Of a stretch of DNA of 64,000 nt, positions 29,053-39,448 are shown piece after piece. The notes beneath the pieces are model-generated. The model was given only the letters and a program-made list of their open reading frames with translations, was not told where the DNA came from and did no database searches. The translations under genes were made by a program, and so were the position numbers. Origin of the DNA: an uncultured cyanobacterium (GTDB lineage Bacteria; Cyanobacteriota; Cyanobacteriia; Phormidesmidales; Phormidesmidaceae); assembly GCA_963793265.1 (NCBI GenBank), contig CAWBZI010000001.1, positions 1,120,001-1,184,000 on the forward strand, read 5' to 3'. Position 1 is the stretch's first letter; each line of letters opens with the position of its first letter.

Positions 29053-31722
29053 ATGCGATTACTCAACAGACAGCCTCAAACAATCGAAGAAAAATATTTT
29101 AGCTCTATTCGTCCTCAGCTTTTTGCACAGCACAGCCAACACGCTCAGACAGGCATCAGGCAGGGTAAAACTCTAGCCGAGCACCTTGATTCAGTCTGTC
29201 AATTTGTTTTGACAATAAGCAAGTTAGCGGCGATGTCAGAGAAAGAAAGGGGTATCATTCTAGCTGCGGCGGCTGTGCACGATCTAAACAAGCTTGATAA
29301 ATCTGGGAAAAACAGAAATGTAAAGACGTTAGCCAGAGATAAAGATTTCCTTCGACAAGAATTAGATTCAATAGGAGTTGGTGAGTTTGTTTCTGAGGGA
29401 GATGAGAGTGAACTAGCGAGACAGCTAATTGAGAGACACTCTGGGCACAACATATCCGACGGAACGATCTTTCTTCCACAAGATGAACAAATAAGCCGTT
29501 GGGCCTCTATTCTTAGAGCTGCCGATCTGTTTGACTTAGAAATTTCAGATGAAGCGCTGACCCGAAAGCTGCGTACGGAGCTGACTCATGCGCTGAATCG
29601 TAATAGTAATCTATACAGAGTTCGGGTATCTGAACAGAGAGGTCATATTACAGCGCTTCTGTTAGCAGCTTGCGAGGAAGTGCTAATTGAGCATTCGCTT
29701 ACTCCTATTGCATTATTTCCAGATGGAGAATTATTTGAGGGTGAAAGGTTTCCTTCAAACGTAACGACGAAGATTGCGGAAAGGTGGCAGCGTAAGATAG
29801 GCAGTACTTTTGCGAACAATATTGAGAAGCTAGTAACGACAGGAAACAACGGTATTAGAATCGCAAGTGAAGCAGTTCAGTACGAACCAGAGGAAGTGAT
29901 TAAAACTGTGGTGGCGCGGCTTGAGCAGAAGAAATCTAGCTTCGATAGGGAGAAAGTTAAAAGTGAGGTTATCAAGCATATCCAGAATAAAGCAAACCCT
30001 GCACACATAGAAAAGGCTGCTCAAGTTGGATTGCAGCCGATCAACGACGAGACAGGTTTCTATCTGTCAGAGGGTCTAAAAGCCGCTTTCATTAGCTATG
30101 GATCGTTAAAGGCGTTCAGTAGCGCAGCTAAAAGATGGACGAGAATCTTTAGCCATGTAGGTATCTCAGAAGAGCAAGGTCAAGTCCTGATGATGGACAA
30201 AGCTAATTTTGAGGCTCAGTATGCAGTACCCATGATGGCAGCGACCGGAATGAAAAACGGGATAGAGGGAATCAAGTCAGCTTTGATGGAATCGATCTGC
30301 CTAAGGGCAAAAGATTCGAGTATTGTACCTTTAGATATTTTGACGGCTCTTGTGGAACAATCCCTTTTACTGCCTCAGAAAGAGCAGACAGTAAGCTTTC
30401 GCGAGTTGGACGATTACATCAATGCCAAACCTACTCAGAGGTGTTCATTCGGGGGTGCTAATCAAGTAACCGAAAAAATAAAGGCAGCTAACCTGCCCGT
30501 GGGAATGAAAGTTCAGGTATTTTCTAACCGGCTGGCTGGGGGGTCTTCAGCACCACCGGAACGGAAGGCTAATTCAATAGCCTACCTTGCGTACAAAGTT
30601 ATGAATGTCGGTTCTCAACTGCCTAAGAAATCGAAAGCGCCCCCTTACTACCTATCGTTTGTGATGCCAGAAGGTTCATGCCCAGAATACCGTAGAATTT
30701 GGCGCGAATGTATACGAAACTTAGCCGCGACAAATACAGAGGAAGGCCCTGTTTCTGTGGATATGGAAAAACTATACGCAGACAACATATTGGAGTTCAA
30801 AAGTGATAAGGGAACTGGATTCGCATTCCCGAAGCGATCGGATTTTGTGGGTGCTGTTGTCGTTATTCCTATTATGTTTGGAGATCTTAGCAGTTCTAAA
30901 AGCCTGTTAAAAGCAGCAAGACTTGCCATGGAATTGTCTCTTTCTTTAGAGATAGGTTTTCCGTTTGTACTGGGTCAAAGTTTACAAATAGAAACCGTTG
31001 ATGAAAATTACGGTCGAATAGAAGGCATTCCTAGTACGTTGTCTAACTTGCTCGGAAGTGGTCAATACAGCCAAAAAGAAACAGTTGAAGTGCTTGACCG
31101 TTTGAGATCGCTAGGGAAAATTGCACAGAGTATTACAGGAAAAAAACACGTAGAAGACTGCATATACGAGCTGGCAAGGGCATGTTCTGAGCCGTTTAGC
31201 ATATACCAGGTAGTTCTTCGTTGGGTGCTTAGGCAGCAAAACCCTAACCTAGCGGAAACATGGAAACACATCAGCACACCACTTCAAAGTTTAATGGATA
31301 GCCTTATGCCCGAAGACAACAAACAACTCACTGAGTACTTGAAGAAAGCCGCAAGCCTCGCTGCTAATAAGAACCTCAAGGGAAGGTCACTGAATCGAAC
31401 CTCTAAAACAAAACCTTTCTCAGATTTTCTCAAAGCGGTTCGTTCACAAAAATCTCACATGGACTTAGATTTTCTGTTTGCTTCACTATCACAAACCTTT
31501 TTCAATCACTTAGATACGATATGGAACGGGCATGTGGGAGAAACACAGAAAAAGAATATATCAGAATACTACGGAGTTCTCCGCCAGCTTTATGAGGAAG
31601 TTTATGATAGCCGACCAGAGAGAATCATGAGCGATCGCAAGCAGCTAGAAGCCGCCTATCTATTTTTCTGGGAGGATGCGTTCCAAAAGCGCACAAAGAA
31701 GCCAGAGAACGACGACGATTAG
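29053..31722 (+). CDS. cas10d: Type I-D large subunit Cas10d (Csc3) with N-terminal HD nuclease
   Basis: TLAEHL, AAAVHDLNK, ERHSGH, AADLFD and VQVFSNRL motifs; operon position. Confidence 0.92.
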   Translation: MRLLNRQPQTIEEKYFSSIRPQLFAQHSQHAQTGIRQGKTLAEHLDSVCQFVLTISKLAAMSEKERGIILAAAAVHDLNKLDKSGKNRNVKTLARDKDFLRQELDSIGVGEFVSEGDESELARQLIERHSGHNISDGTIFLPQDEQISRWASILRAADLFDLEISDEALTRKLRTELTHALNRNSNLYRVRVSEQRGHITALLLAACEEVLIEHSLTPIALFPDGELFEGERFPSNVTTKIAERWQRKIGSTFANNIEKLVTTGNNGIRIASEAVQYEPEEVIKTVVARLEQKKSSFDREKVKSEVIKHIQNKANPAHIEKAAQVGLQPINDETGFYLSEGLKAAFISYGSLKAFSSAAKRWTRIFSHVGISEEQGQVLMMDKANFEAQYAVPMMAATGMKNGIEGIKSALMESICLRAKDSSIVPLDILTALVEQSLLLPQKEQTVSFRELDDYINAKPTQRCSFGGANQVTEKIKAANLPVGMKVQVFSNRLAGGSSAPPERKANSIAYLAYKVMNVGSQLPKKSKAPPYYLSFVMPEGSCPEYRRIWRECIRNLAATNTEEGPVSVDMEKLYADNILEFKSDKGTGFAFPKRSDFVGAVVVIPIMFGDLSSSKSLLKAARLAMELSLSLEIGFPFVLGQSLQIETVDENYGRIEGIPSTLSNLLGSGQYSQKETVEVLDRLRSLGKIAQSITGKKHVEDCIYELARACSEPFSIYQVVLRWVLRQQNPNLAETWKHISTPLQSLMDSLMPEDNKQLTEYLKKAASLAANKNLKGRSLNRTSKTKPFSDFLKAVRSQKSHMDLDFLFASLSQTFFNHLDTIWNGHVGETQKKNISEYYGVLRQLYEEVYDSRPERIMSDRKQLEAAYLFFWEDAFQKRTKKPENDDD
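31306..31722 (+). CDS. cas11d: Probable internally translated small subunit Cas11d (138 aa)
   Basis: In-frame ATG (MPEDNKQLTEYLKKAA) preceded by atGGAtagcctt. Internal Cas11 translation from cas10d is established for type I-D. Confidence 0.6.
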   Translation: MPEDNKQLTEYLKKAASLAANKNLKGRSLNRTSKTKPFSDFLKAVRSQKSHMDLDFLFASLSQTFFNHLDTIWNGHVGETQKKNISEYYGVLRQLYEEVYDSRPERIMSDRKQLEAAYLFFWEDAFQKRTKKPENDDD

Positions 31723-31766
31723 ATATATTCAGCTTTGTTAAATAGAACACAGAGGAAACGCAAACC

Positions 31767-32783
31767 ATGTCTATTGAAAAACTTGCTCCGTTTTTAGCCG
31801 AGCAGTACGAGAACTTTCCGAAAGGAAGATTCGTGAGTGCAGTTGTTTTAAGAACAACTTTATCTGAAACAGTTTTCCGCACAGAAGGAACCGGAGAGCC
31901 GGTATGTAAAGAATTCGTTCATGCAGGTGTCAAAACTCAAGACGTTATTGAGCGGCTGGTCATGACGAAACGCAAACAAGTTGCACCAGAGCGCCGAAAG
32001 GGACGAGAATTTCTTAGAGCGCACGACCTGCTTAAGATAGTAGAAAAGAAGGGTAAGGGAAAAAATGCAAAAACAGAGAAGCTACCTTGCTCGTTGAATA
32101 CGAACGCACCGTGCGAAATGTGCATCGACTGCTTCACATACGGATTTGCAGCCGGTGGCGGCGGCGCTCAAAAAAGTCGCATTTGGACAGAGGATGCTTT
32201 TAGTCTATTGCCAGCCAATGAATTAATAGACGATCGCACTATCAATGGCGTTTATGAAAACGGAACTATGCGATTGCCTCAGCAGGAAGAGGCAAAAGAT
32301 AAAGCGTCACAGTCGCTCAATACCAGCGAGTACATAAAACCAGGCGTACATTTTCTAGACGTTGTTACATTCAAAGATTTGACGGCAGACGAGCTAAGGT
32401 ACTCGCTTGGAAATATTCTACTGACTACTCGCTACGGAGCAATTTCTAGCCGAACTGGCAGAATGGACAATCAAATTTTGGGAGTATTTGGAGGTTCTAC
32501 GGAACTGCCTAGCTCTCTTGAGCTAGTGCAGCAAATATATGACAAGATGTTCGAGAAAGAAGAGCGTTTTGAACATCCTCTAGCACCGAACGCTATTAAG
32601 GAAAACACCTTTGGGGTTATCTCTGAATGGGAGAACAGGCGGGGCGTTTCAGTTAGGCTTTCGGAAGTAGAAACAAAGTCGTTAGTTGCAGACGTAGATA
32701 GGCATTGGGCAGATGAAGAACGAGCTTCATTTTTAGAGAGACTGGATCAGTCTTACGAACCCTTTCGCAGAATTTCTACATAG
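31767..32783 (+). CDS. cas7d: Type I-D Cas7 (Csc2)
   Basis: KRKQVAPERR.GRE, C..CIDC..YG.A.G, QKSRI and TTRYGA motifs. Confidence 0.93.
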   Translation: MSIEKLAPFLAEQYENFPKGRFVSAVVLRTTLSETVFRTEGTGEPVCKEFVHAGVKTQDVIERLVMTKRKQVAPERRKGREFLRAHDLLKIVEKKGKGKNAKTEKLPCSLNTNAPCEMCIDCFTYGFAAGGGGAQKSRIWTEDAFSLLPANELIDDRTINGVYENGTMRLPQQEEAKDKASQSLNTSEYIKPGVHFLDVVTFKDLTADELRYSLGNILLTTRYGAISSRTGRMDNQILGVFGGSTELPSSLELVQQIYDKMFEKEERFEHPLAPNAIKENTFGVISEWENRRGVSVRLSEVETKSLVADVDRHWADEERASFLERLDQSYEPFRRIST

Positions 32784-32792
32784 GGAGACTTT

Positions 32793-33623
32793 GTGATGCC
32801 GACTATTGAACAAATGGGCTTGAATATAGCAAAAGAGCCTACCGCCCAATTCAAAAAAGCGCGACTCATCGAGATATGGTGCGCTGAGCCTGTCTTCTTC
32901 GCATCTAGAGAGATTTCTGATGGTTACTACACAGAAGGCGTACTTGGAAACTACGCCTTAGCTTATGCGCTAGGCTGGGTGTCTTCTCCTTATAGGCTAG
33001 AAGGCAAGGCCGTACACAGACCGTCTTATGTAGAAGACTTAGGGCCAATATCGCGAGATTCGTATATTTTGCCAGCTTGGCCCTCAACTGGGCAGGTAAA
33101 GTTTATATTTGAGCGATTCAACGCCTTATCAGATTCTTACTGGTACGCGATGAGTGCTAACAGAGTTGTAACCGATAGGAAAGCGCTACCAGAGTATAGG
33201 CAACTACAAAAGATAAAAGGAACGCCTACTCCGAAACACCGCTCGTACGCACCTATCAACTTTCCACAGACAGGTCAGATTCGGATGATTGACCGAGGCA
33301 ATCGGTTTCAAACATTAGTATTTGGGAACAGAGAACTTCCAGAGCACTTTCGCATTGGGAAGTTCAGAAGTAAAGTTCAACTTTCGGTACTGGCAGAGTT
33401 TAGCTTGGAATCGCTGCCAGAGGCAGAATACATTTGCATACCCTTACTAAATACCGCTGACCTGCCGTCCAACCTTAAACTCACAGCCTTCGATCTAGTT
33501 TCAGTGCCACCTGCATCACTTTTGAAAAACTTGCGTTTTAAAGGAGAAGCTTGGCGGATTGGAAACTTTGTTGTTCCTGCCCATCTTCAGTTCTGCGGAA
33601 ATCGAGTCTCTCATGAAAAATGA
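32793..33623 (+). CDS. cas5d: Type I-D Cas5 (Csc1)
   Basis: VFFASREI, NYALAYALG and RIGKFRSK motifs. Confidence 0.9.
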   Translation: MMPTIEQMGLNIAKEPTAQFKKARLIEIWCAEPVFFASREISDGYYTEGVLGNYALAYALGWVSSPYRLEGKAVHRPSYVEDLGPISRDSYILPAWPSTGQVKFIFERFNALSDSYWYAMSANRVVTDRKALPEYRQLQKIKGTPTPKHRSYAPINFPQTGQIRMIDRGNRFQTLVFGNRELPEHFRIGKFRSKVQLSVLAEFSLESLPEAEYICIPLLNTADLPSNLKLTAFDLVSVPPASLLKNLRFKGEAWRIGNFVVPAHLQFCGNRVSHEK

Positions 33624-35907
33624 AGCAATAAACATTACGCTTGAGCCAAAAGGCATTGCGGCCTGCACAGATTTGCCACCACAGCTAGCTTTTATGGGTC
33701 GAGCCTTGCAACATCAGGTAGACGTATTCGATAAAGCTGTTAACCACAACATCATCGTTAACTCATCATCTACAGGGACAGGGAAAACTAAAGCAGCATT
33801 CACAGTTCTACTGCATGAGAAAAATAGAAACCGACATGCTATCTATGTTGCGCCAACTAATGCGCTAATTGAACAACAAAAATCAGCCGCAGAGAAATTT
33901 ATAAAACAGGCAGATCTTTCGCATGTTGTCATAGAGGCATCTGCAAAAGATATCAGAAGCTGGCCAAGCGATAGAGTAGGAATACGTCCAGGCGAAAAAA
34001 TCTATAACCTGTTGAGGAATCCGGCCACTATTTTTCCTGAGTTGGGAAGCAATCGGCCCGTTTTGCTCATCACTAATCCAGATATCTTCTACTACGCTAC
34101 CTTCTTTGCCTATCGTCAATTGGATCGCGTAAATATTGCCAGTAAGTTTTATAGCCAGTTCTCGACAGTAATTTTTGATGAGTTTCATCTCTACGATGCC
34201 AAGCAGCTAATTGGACTACTTTTCTACATGGCCCTCTCTCATGAGTTCGGGTACTTCAATCATGGGCGGCGAATAATTTTGCTAACAGCGACACCTGAGC
34301 CTGCCTGCGAGTCAACATTGGAAAGTCTATCTAGGCAAGGCGTCAAAATTGCATATGTCGATGGAGAGTCTACCAGTGAGAACCTACTACCGTCTCAAAC
34401 AACAGTAAATTTGTGCATTCGCCCACAACCCGATAGGGATCAACTAATCTTAGAAATTAGCCGCAAAGTTCAGAGAAACCTGAAAGACAACCCAGATAAC
34501 TACGGTGCCGTTATTCTGGATTCGCTCGATCAAATCAATCAGCTTTCCGACGAGCTACAGAGTAAAGGATTAGGTCGTGAGGTTGGAAGAATAACAGGGC
34601 CATCCCCTTTAGCTGATCGTCAGCGTGCAGCACAGTGCAAAATAATCTTAGCTACTAGCACTGTTGATGTTGGCTTTAATTTTGAGCGAAATCCTACATC
34701 AGAAAGGCAACCTTTGGACTGGATAATCTTTTCTGCCCAAGATCGCGCTGCTTTCTGGCAGCGCATTGGTCGAGTTGGTCGGGTTTTAGGAAGATCGCAA
34801 ACTGATATTTCTTCTGTAGCTACAGCTTACTTACCAGAAAAAGCCTGGGAGCAGAATATAAGTTCGCTTAATGGGTTACAGGGGCGCGAGGCTCTTGAAC
34901 AAAAGCTATTAGAGGTAGATTGTCTCGATCGCCCTTTCCTCTCTGTTTATTGGCAGTCTGAGGCTTTTGTAGAAATCGCTCGGCCTTTTTTGATTCTTGA
35001 AAATATGATGGACGGGTTGGCAGAAAGTGAACTACTATCAAACCTTTATCAGACAATCAAAAACGTTTTGGGTGGAAAGCGTGACTGGAAATACTATAAA
35101 CAAAGAATGCAAGCATTGCAGGCAGCGGAGTCAATAGCACAACATCGCGGCAACGATGCGAAGAACCCACCGCTTAAGTTTATAAAAGGAAATGCTAGAT
35201 GGGCAATAGTGACAGCTTTTCTAAAGGCAGAATGTCCAGAAGACTGGGAAGAGCTGAAAGCGGGAAAGACAAACATAAGGGATTACGAAGAAGTTTTGAG
35301 CGAATCTTCTGAAGCTATTACCGCATTCCGCACCTTTTGCAAGAAATTCAGTGTTAGCTACTCACCCCTTTTTGGTTTTCGTTCTAGCTTGTTCAAAAGT
35401 CTAGATATCAAAGATCCAAGAGGATTTCTGCTAGATGTTTCAGACAAGACTGTGATTGATCCGATCCATCTTCTTCGCTACTACGAGTTCTCTAACGATC
35501 AAGATACGGTTGAATTGGTAAATCGTGCTGCGCAGCCCTATCAGGTAAGCTTTCGACTGAGATATTACGATAACAGCTTGAGCTGGAAGAGCGATCACAT
35601 GAATAAACTTCAGTCATTTGAGAATTGTCATATCGAACGTAGAAGAGACGGCGCTCTTTCACCTACACCGCTTCTATCGAAATTAGAGAGAGAGCTGATT
35701 CCGGGCGCAATTATCTGCCCGGTTGCAAATGCTTATGCCTACTACCAATCGAGAAAGGACAGGATAGTATCTTATCCAATCACTGTAGTTGGAAACAACT
35801 TTGAAAAAGAGTATGTATTTTTTCCTGGGCTTTCAGGAATTTTGACTCTAGCGCTTTATGGCACGCGGCTAAAGCTGCCGGATGAGGAGGAGTTTCTATA
35901 CTTTTAA
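33613..35907 (+). CDS. cas3: Type I-D helicase Cas3' (no HD domain)
   Basis: TGTGKT, APTNAL, ITNPDIF, DEFH, TAT, TSTVDVG and QRIGRVGR motifs. ATG 33613 overlaps the end of cas5d. Confidence 0.92.
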   Translation: MKNEAINITLEPKGIAACTDLPPQLAFMGRALQHQVDVFDKAVNHNIIVNSSSTGTGKTKAAFTVLLHEKNRNRHAIYVAPTNALIEQQKSAAEKFIKQADLSHVVIEASAKDIRSWPSDRVGIRPGEKIYNLLRNPATIFPELGSNRPVLLITNPDIFYYATFFAYRQLDRVNIASKFYSQFSTVIFDEFHLYDAKQLIGLLFYMALSHEFGYFNHGRRIILLTATPEPACESTLESLSRQGVKIAYVDGESTSENLLPSQTTVNLCIRPQPDRDQLILEISRKVQRNLKDNPDNYGAVILDSLDQINQLSDELQSKGLGREVGRITGPSPLADRQRAAQCKIILATSTVDVGFNFERNPTSERQPLDWIIFSAQDRAAFWQRIGRVGRVLGRSQTDISSVATAYLPEKAWEQNISSLNGLQGREALEQKLLEVDCLDRPFLSVYWQSEAFVEIARPFLILENMMDGLAESELLSNLYQTIKNVLGGKRDWKYYKQRMQALQAAESIAQHRGNDAKNPPLKFIKGNARWAIVTAFLKAECPEDWEELKAGKTNIRDYEEVLSESSEAITAFRTFCKKFSVSYSPLFGFRSSLFKSLDIKDPRGFLLDVSDKTVIDPIHLLRYYEFSNDQDTVELVNRAAQPYQVSFRLRYYDNSLSWKSDHMNKLQSFENCHIERRRDGALSPTPLLSKLERELIPGAIICPVANAYAYYQSRKDRIVSYPITVVGNNFEKEYVFFPGLSGILTLALYGTRLKLPDEEEFLYF

Positions 35908-35955
35908 TCTTGTTAAGAAGTCTGCTGACTATCCAAAACGCACTGAAGAATTGCT

Positions 35956-36828
35956 ATGCCCTACAGTCTTGTCCTCAATCTTGTACCGCTCTCTCCAATT
36001 CCCAAAACGCATCTAAGCGGGCGACATTTACACGCGCTGTTTTTGGATTTGGTCAGGTCGCATAACCCGGAGCTAGCAACCATCCTCCACGGCCAAACCA
36101 CCCAGAAAGCCTTTACCCTCAGCCCGCTACAAACCAATATCACCACGCAACAGTCACCCGAAACGCTGCAATGGAGCTATCGAAACGCCATCCCTGCGGG
36201 CTCCTTGTGCTGGTGGCGCATTACATTGCTAGATGACACGCTGTTTGCGCAGCTTGCTCACCTGTGGCTGGGCTTGGATAAACAGCAGCAGTGGCAGCTT
36301 GGGGGCAGTCCGATTCAGGTGACGCGCGTGATTGGGACGCAGCAGTTAGGTCAGCCCTGGGCGGGCTATGTGGGTTATCAGCAGCTTTATGAGCAGGCGA
36401 GCGATCGCACTCGAAAACTCCCTTTTAAGCTATGCACCCCCACTAACTTTCGCATCAGCGACTACGACTCTTCTATGCCAACGCGCGATCGCGTATTCAA
36501 AAGCCTGCTAAAGCGCTGGAACCACTACAGCAACATCCCGTTTGAGCCTGACATTATCAGCCATATCTACCCCGGCGAATACAGCATCCATTCAGAAATC
36601 GCCATCGACAGCCGCAGCAAATTTATCGGCTGTGTTGGCAATCTCTCTTTTAATATTCTGGGTGATCTGATGCCGAGCACGGTTAAACAAATTAACGCGC
36701 TGGCAGCGTTTTCTTTGTATGCAGGCGTCGGACGAAAAACGCCAATGGGTATGGGGCAAACGTTTTATGGTGAGATGAAGGCGAATGCTGTGCCTAAGCC
36801 TAAGCCGAGGCGCAAGGTAGCGGTATGA
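35956..36828 (+). CDS. cas6: CRISPR pre-crRNA endoribonuclease Cas6
   Basis: MPYSLVLNL, GRHLHALF, KAFTLSPL and glycine loop GVGRKTPMGMG. Confidence 0.95.
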   Translation: MPYSLVLNLVPLSPIPKTHLSGRHLHALFLDLVRSHNPELATILHGQTTQKAFTLSPLQTNITTQQSPETLQWSYRNAIPAGSLCWWRITLLDDTLFAQLAHLWLGLDKQQQWQLGGSPIQVTRVIGTQQLGQPWAGYVGYQQLYEQASDRTRKLPFKLCTPTNFRISDYDSSMPTRDRVFKSLLKRWNHYSNIPFEPDIISHIYPGEYSIHSEIAIDSRSKFIGCVGNLSFNILGDLMPSTVKQINALAAFSLYAGVGRKTPMGMGQTFYGEMKANAVPKPKPRRKVAV

Positions 36829-37403
36829 GTATTCAGTATTTGCCGCTCTCCTATCTCAATGCTTGGGAGTATTGCCATCGCCGCTTTTACTTGGAGTATG
36901 AGCTGGGAGAGATGAAGATAAATGAGCATATTGTGATGGGGACTCATCTGCATCGGAACGTGGATGAGGAAACGGTGCGGCGAGAAGGAGAGACGACGAT
37001 TTATCAGCAGCAGTGGGTGTGGAGCGATCGCCTAAAAATATCCGGTATCATCGACGCCGTAGAAGAAACTCACGGACACCTTGTACCGCTCGAATACAAA
37101 AAAGGGCGCATGGGCAAACACCTGAGCGATCACTTTCAGCTTTGCGGGGCGGCGCTGTGTTTGGAGGAGCGCATGGGGAGAGAGATTGAGTATGGAGAGA
37201 TTTTTTATCATGCCAATCGGCGGCGGGAGCGGGTGATGTTTACTGAGGAATTGCGGGGTAAAACGGAGGCTGCTGTGATGGCAGCGATCACAGCCACCCA
37301 GTCCACCATTCCCGCACCCATCACCCACAAAACCAAATGTAGCGCCTGTAGCCTCACAGAAATTTGCCTACCCAAAGAAGTTCTCGCTTTACAACAATTA
37401 TGA
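36825..37403 (+). CDS. cas4: CRISPR-associated exonuclease Cas4
   Basis: YCHRR, GIIDAVE, EYKKG, QLC and C..CSL...C Fe-S cysteines. Confidence 0.95.
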   Translation: MSIQYLPLSYLNAWEYCHRRFYLEYELGEMKINEHIVMGTHLHRNVDEETVRREGETTIYQQQWVWSDRLKISGIIDAVEETHGHLVPLEYKKGRMGKHLSDHFQLCGAALCLEERMGREIEYGEIFYHANRRRERVMFTEELRGKTEAAVMAAITATQSTIPAPITHKTKCSACSLTEICLPKEVLALQQL

Positions 37404-38377
37404 CCTCTCTTTACATCACTCAGCCCGACGCCCGGCTCAGCAAAAAATACGAAGCCTTTAAAGTCTCGCTTAAGCAAGAAGATGGCACCTGGAAAAATCA
37501 ATCTGTGCCTGCGCAAACTGTTGAAGAAGTGGTGCTGATGGGCAATCCTTCGGTGACTGGCGATGCGCTGATGTATGCGCTGGAGCTAGGGATGCCGGTG
37601 CACTATCTCTCTCCTTTTGGTAAATACTTAGGGGCGGCGCTGCCAGGACATTCTCGCAACGGACAGCTCAGGCTGGCGCAGTATGGCGCTTACAAGGATG
37701 CTGATGCCAAGCTGACGATTGTGAAGGCGATGGTAACCGCTAAAATTCATAACCAGTATGCGGTGCTGTACCGGCACGGGCAAAAGGAGAATCCCTTAAA
37801 GCTGCGGAAGGCGTTGGTAGCGCAGCAGCATAGCGTGGATCAGGTGCGGGGGATTGAGGGGCTGGCGGCGAGAGAGTATTTTGCGGGGCTTTCGGGGATG
37901 CTGGCGGAGGAGTGGAAGTTTGGGGGGCGCAATCGACGGCCGCCGACTGATCCGGTGAACGCGCTGTTGAGCTTTGGCTATGCGCTGTTGCGAAGCCAGG
38001 TGACTTCGGCGGCGCATATTGCCGGGCTCGATCCTTATGTGGGCTATTTGCATGAGGTGCATCACGGGCAACCGGCGATGGTGCTGGATTTGATGGAGGA
38101 GTTTCGGCCTTTGGTGGCGGATAATGTGGTGCTCGCGACGATCAACAATCGGTCGATTCAGCCGCAGGATTTTACAGAGAGTTTGGGGGCGTACCGGCTG
38201 AGTGACGGGGGGCGGCGGACGTTTTTGCAGGCGTTTGATCGCAAGCTGAACGATACGTTTAAGCATCCAACGTTTGGGTACAAGTGTAGCTACCGAAGAG
38301 CGATCGCACTTCAGGCCCGGCTCTTAGCTAAGCATCTGCAAGAGGGCGTTGTTTACAAGGGTTTGGCGCTGCGATGA
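37400..38377 (+). CDS. cas1: CRISPR integrase Cas1
   Basis: RGIEGLAA, RNRRPPTDPVNALLSFGY and LDLMEEFRP motifs; ATGA overlap with cas4. Confidence 0.96.
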   Translation: MTSLYITQPDARLSKKYEAFKVSLKQEDGTWKNQSVPAQTVEEVVLMGNPSVTGDALMYALELGMPVHYLSPFGKYLGAALPGHSRNGQLRLAQYGAYKDADAKLTIVKAMVTAKIHNQYAVLYRHGQKENPLKLRKALVAQQHSVDQVRGIEGLAAREYFAGLSGMLAEEWKFGGRNRRPPTDPVNALLSFGYALLRSQVTSAAHIAGLDPYVGYLHEVHHGQPAMVLDLMEEFRPLVADNVVLATINNRSIQPQDFTESLGAYRLSDGGRRTFLQAFDRKLNDTFKHPTFGYKCSYRRAIALQARLLAKHLQEGVVYKGLALR

Positions 38378-38667
38378 CGACGCTCTTTTATCTCATTATT
38401 TACGATTTGCCAGATAGTAAGGCGGCAAATAAGCGGCGCAACCGGCTGCATAAGCTGCTGTCGGGCTATGGCCAATGGACGCAGTACAGTGTGTTTGAGT
38501 GCTTTTTGAATGGGGTGCAGTTTGCGAAGTTGCAAGTGCAGATAGAGCGGCTGATTAAGGTGAATGAGGATTCGGTGCGGGTGTATGTGTTGGATGCGGG
38601 GGCGGTGAAGAAGTCGCTGACGTATGGGTCTGAGCAGCCGAGGCAAGCGTCAGCGATTATTTTGTAG
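38374..38667 (+). CDS. cas2: CRISPR-associated Cas2
   Basis: YLIIYDL, QYSVFEC and DSVRVY motifs; ATGA overlap with cas1. Confidence 0.96.
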   Translation: MTTLFYLIIYDLPDSKAANKRRNRLHKLLSGYGQWTQYSVFECFLNGVQFAKLQVQIERLIKVNEDSVRVYVLDAGAVKKSLTYGSEQPRQASAIIL

Positions 38668-38731
38668 GAGGGGCACGGGCTATAGATGCTACCTTAAGGG
38701 CGTGAGCATTTGTTCAGCGGAGCCCTAACGT

Positions 38732-39448
38732 ATGGTTTCTCAACTTTCTAAACTTGCTGAGTCTGAAGTAGCTGACGTTTTCTATCCAGATTCTGATGGT
38801 CAGCCGATGGCAAGCAACACGGAGCAATACCGCTGGATTGTGATGATTCAGCAGAACTTAGACTGGCTTTTGTCGGATGCTTTTGTCGCGGGCGATTTGT
38901 TTTGGTATCCCATTGAAGGCCGTTCGGATGTGTCTGTTGCGCCGGATGTGATGGTGGCTGTTGGAAGGCCGAAAGGAAAAAGGCTTTCTTATAAGCAGTG
39001 GGAAGAAGAGGGTGTTGCGCCACAGGTTATTTTTGAGATCATTTCGCCTAGCAACACTAAACGAGAGATGGATAAAAAGCTGCTTTTCTTTGAGCGTTAT
39101 GGGGTTGAAGAGTATTATCTTTACGACACTGAACGTAACAGTTTGGACGGCTTTTTACGGGGTGAGTTTGGCTTAGAGCATATTGCAGATATGGCTGGCT
39201 GGGTAAGTCCTTTGCTTGATATTCGTTTTGATATGTCGGGCGATGAGCTGACGCTATTTCGTCCGGATGGAACGCCTTTTTTGAGCTATCAAGAGGTTAT
39301 TGAGCAAGCTGAAGTGGCTAAGCAGGAGACTGAAGCGGCTAAGCAGAAGGCTGAAGTGGCTAAGCAAGAAGCTGAAGTGGCTAAGCAGGAGACTATGAAG
39401 CTGGCTGAGAAGCTCAGAGCGCTTGGCGTTGACCCCAATGCTGTATGA
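38732..39448 (+). CDS. Uma2-family (PD-(D/E)xK-like) protein with coiled-coil tail
   Basis: YPDSDGQPMA, APDVMV, FEIISPSN, YGVEEYY and LRALGVDP motifs. Confidence 0.9.
   Translation: MVSQLSKLAESEVADVFYPDSDGQPMASNTEQYRWIVMIQQNLDWLLSDAFVAGDLFWYPIEGRSDVSVAPDVMVAVGRPKGKRLSYKQWEEEGVAPQVIFEIISPSNTKREMDKKLLFFERYGVEEYYLYDTERNSLDGFLRGEFGLEHIADMAGWVSPLLDIRFDMSGDELTLFRPDGTPFLSYQEVIEQAEVAKQETEAAKQKAEVAKQEAEVAKQETMKLAEKLRALGVDPNAV
39308..39391 (+). repeat. 21-bp tandem repeat x4 encoding AEVAKQE heptads
   Basis: gctgaagtggctaagcaggag and three near copies. Confidence 0.85.
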
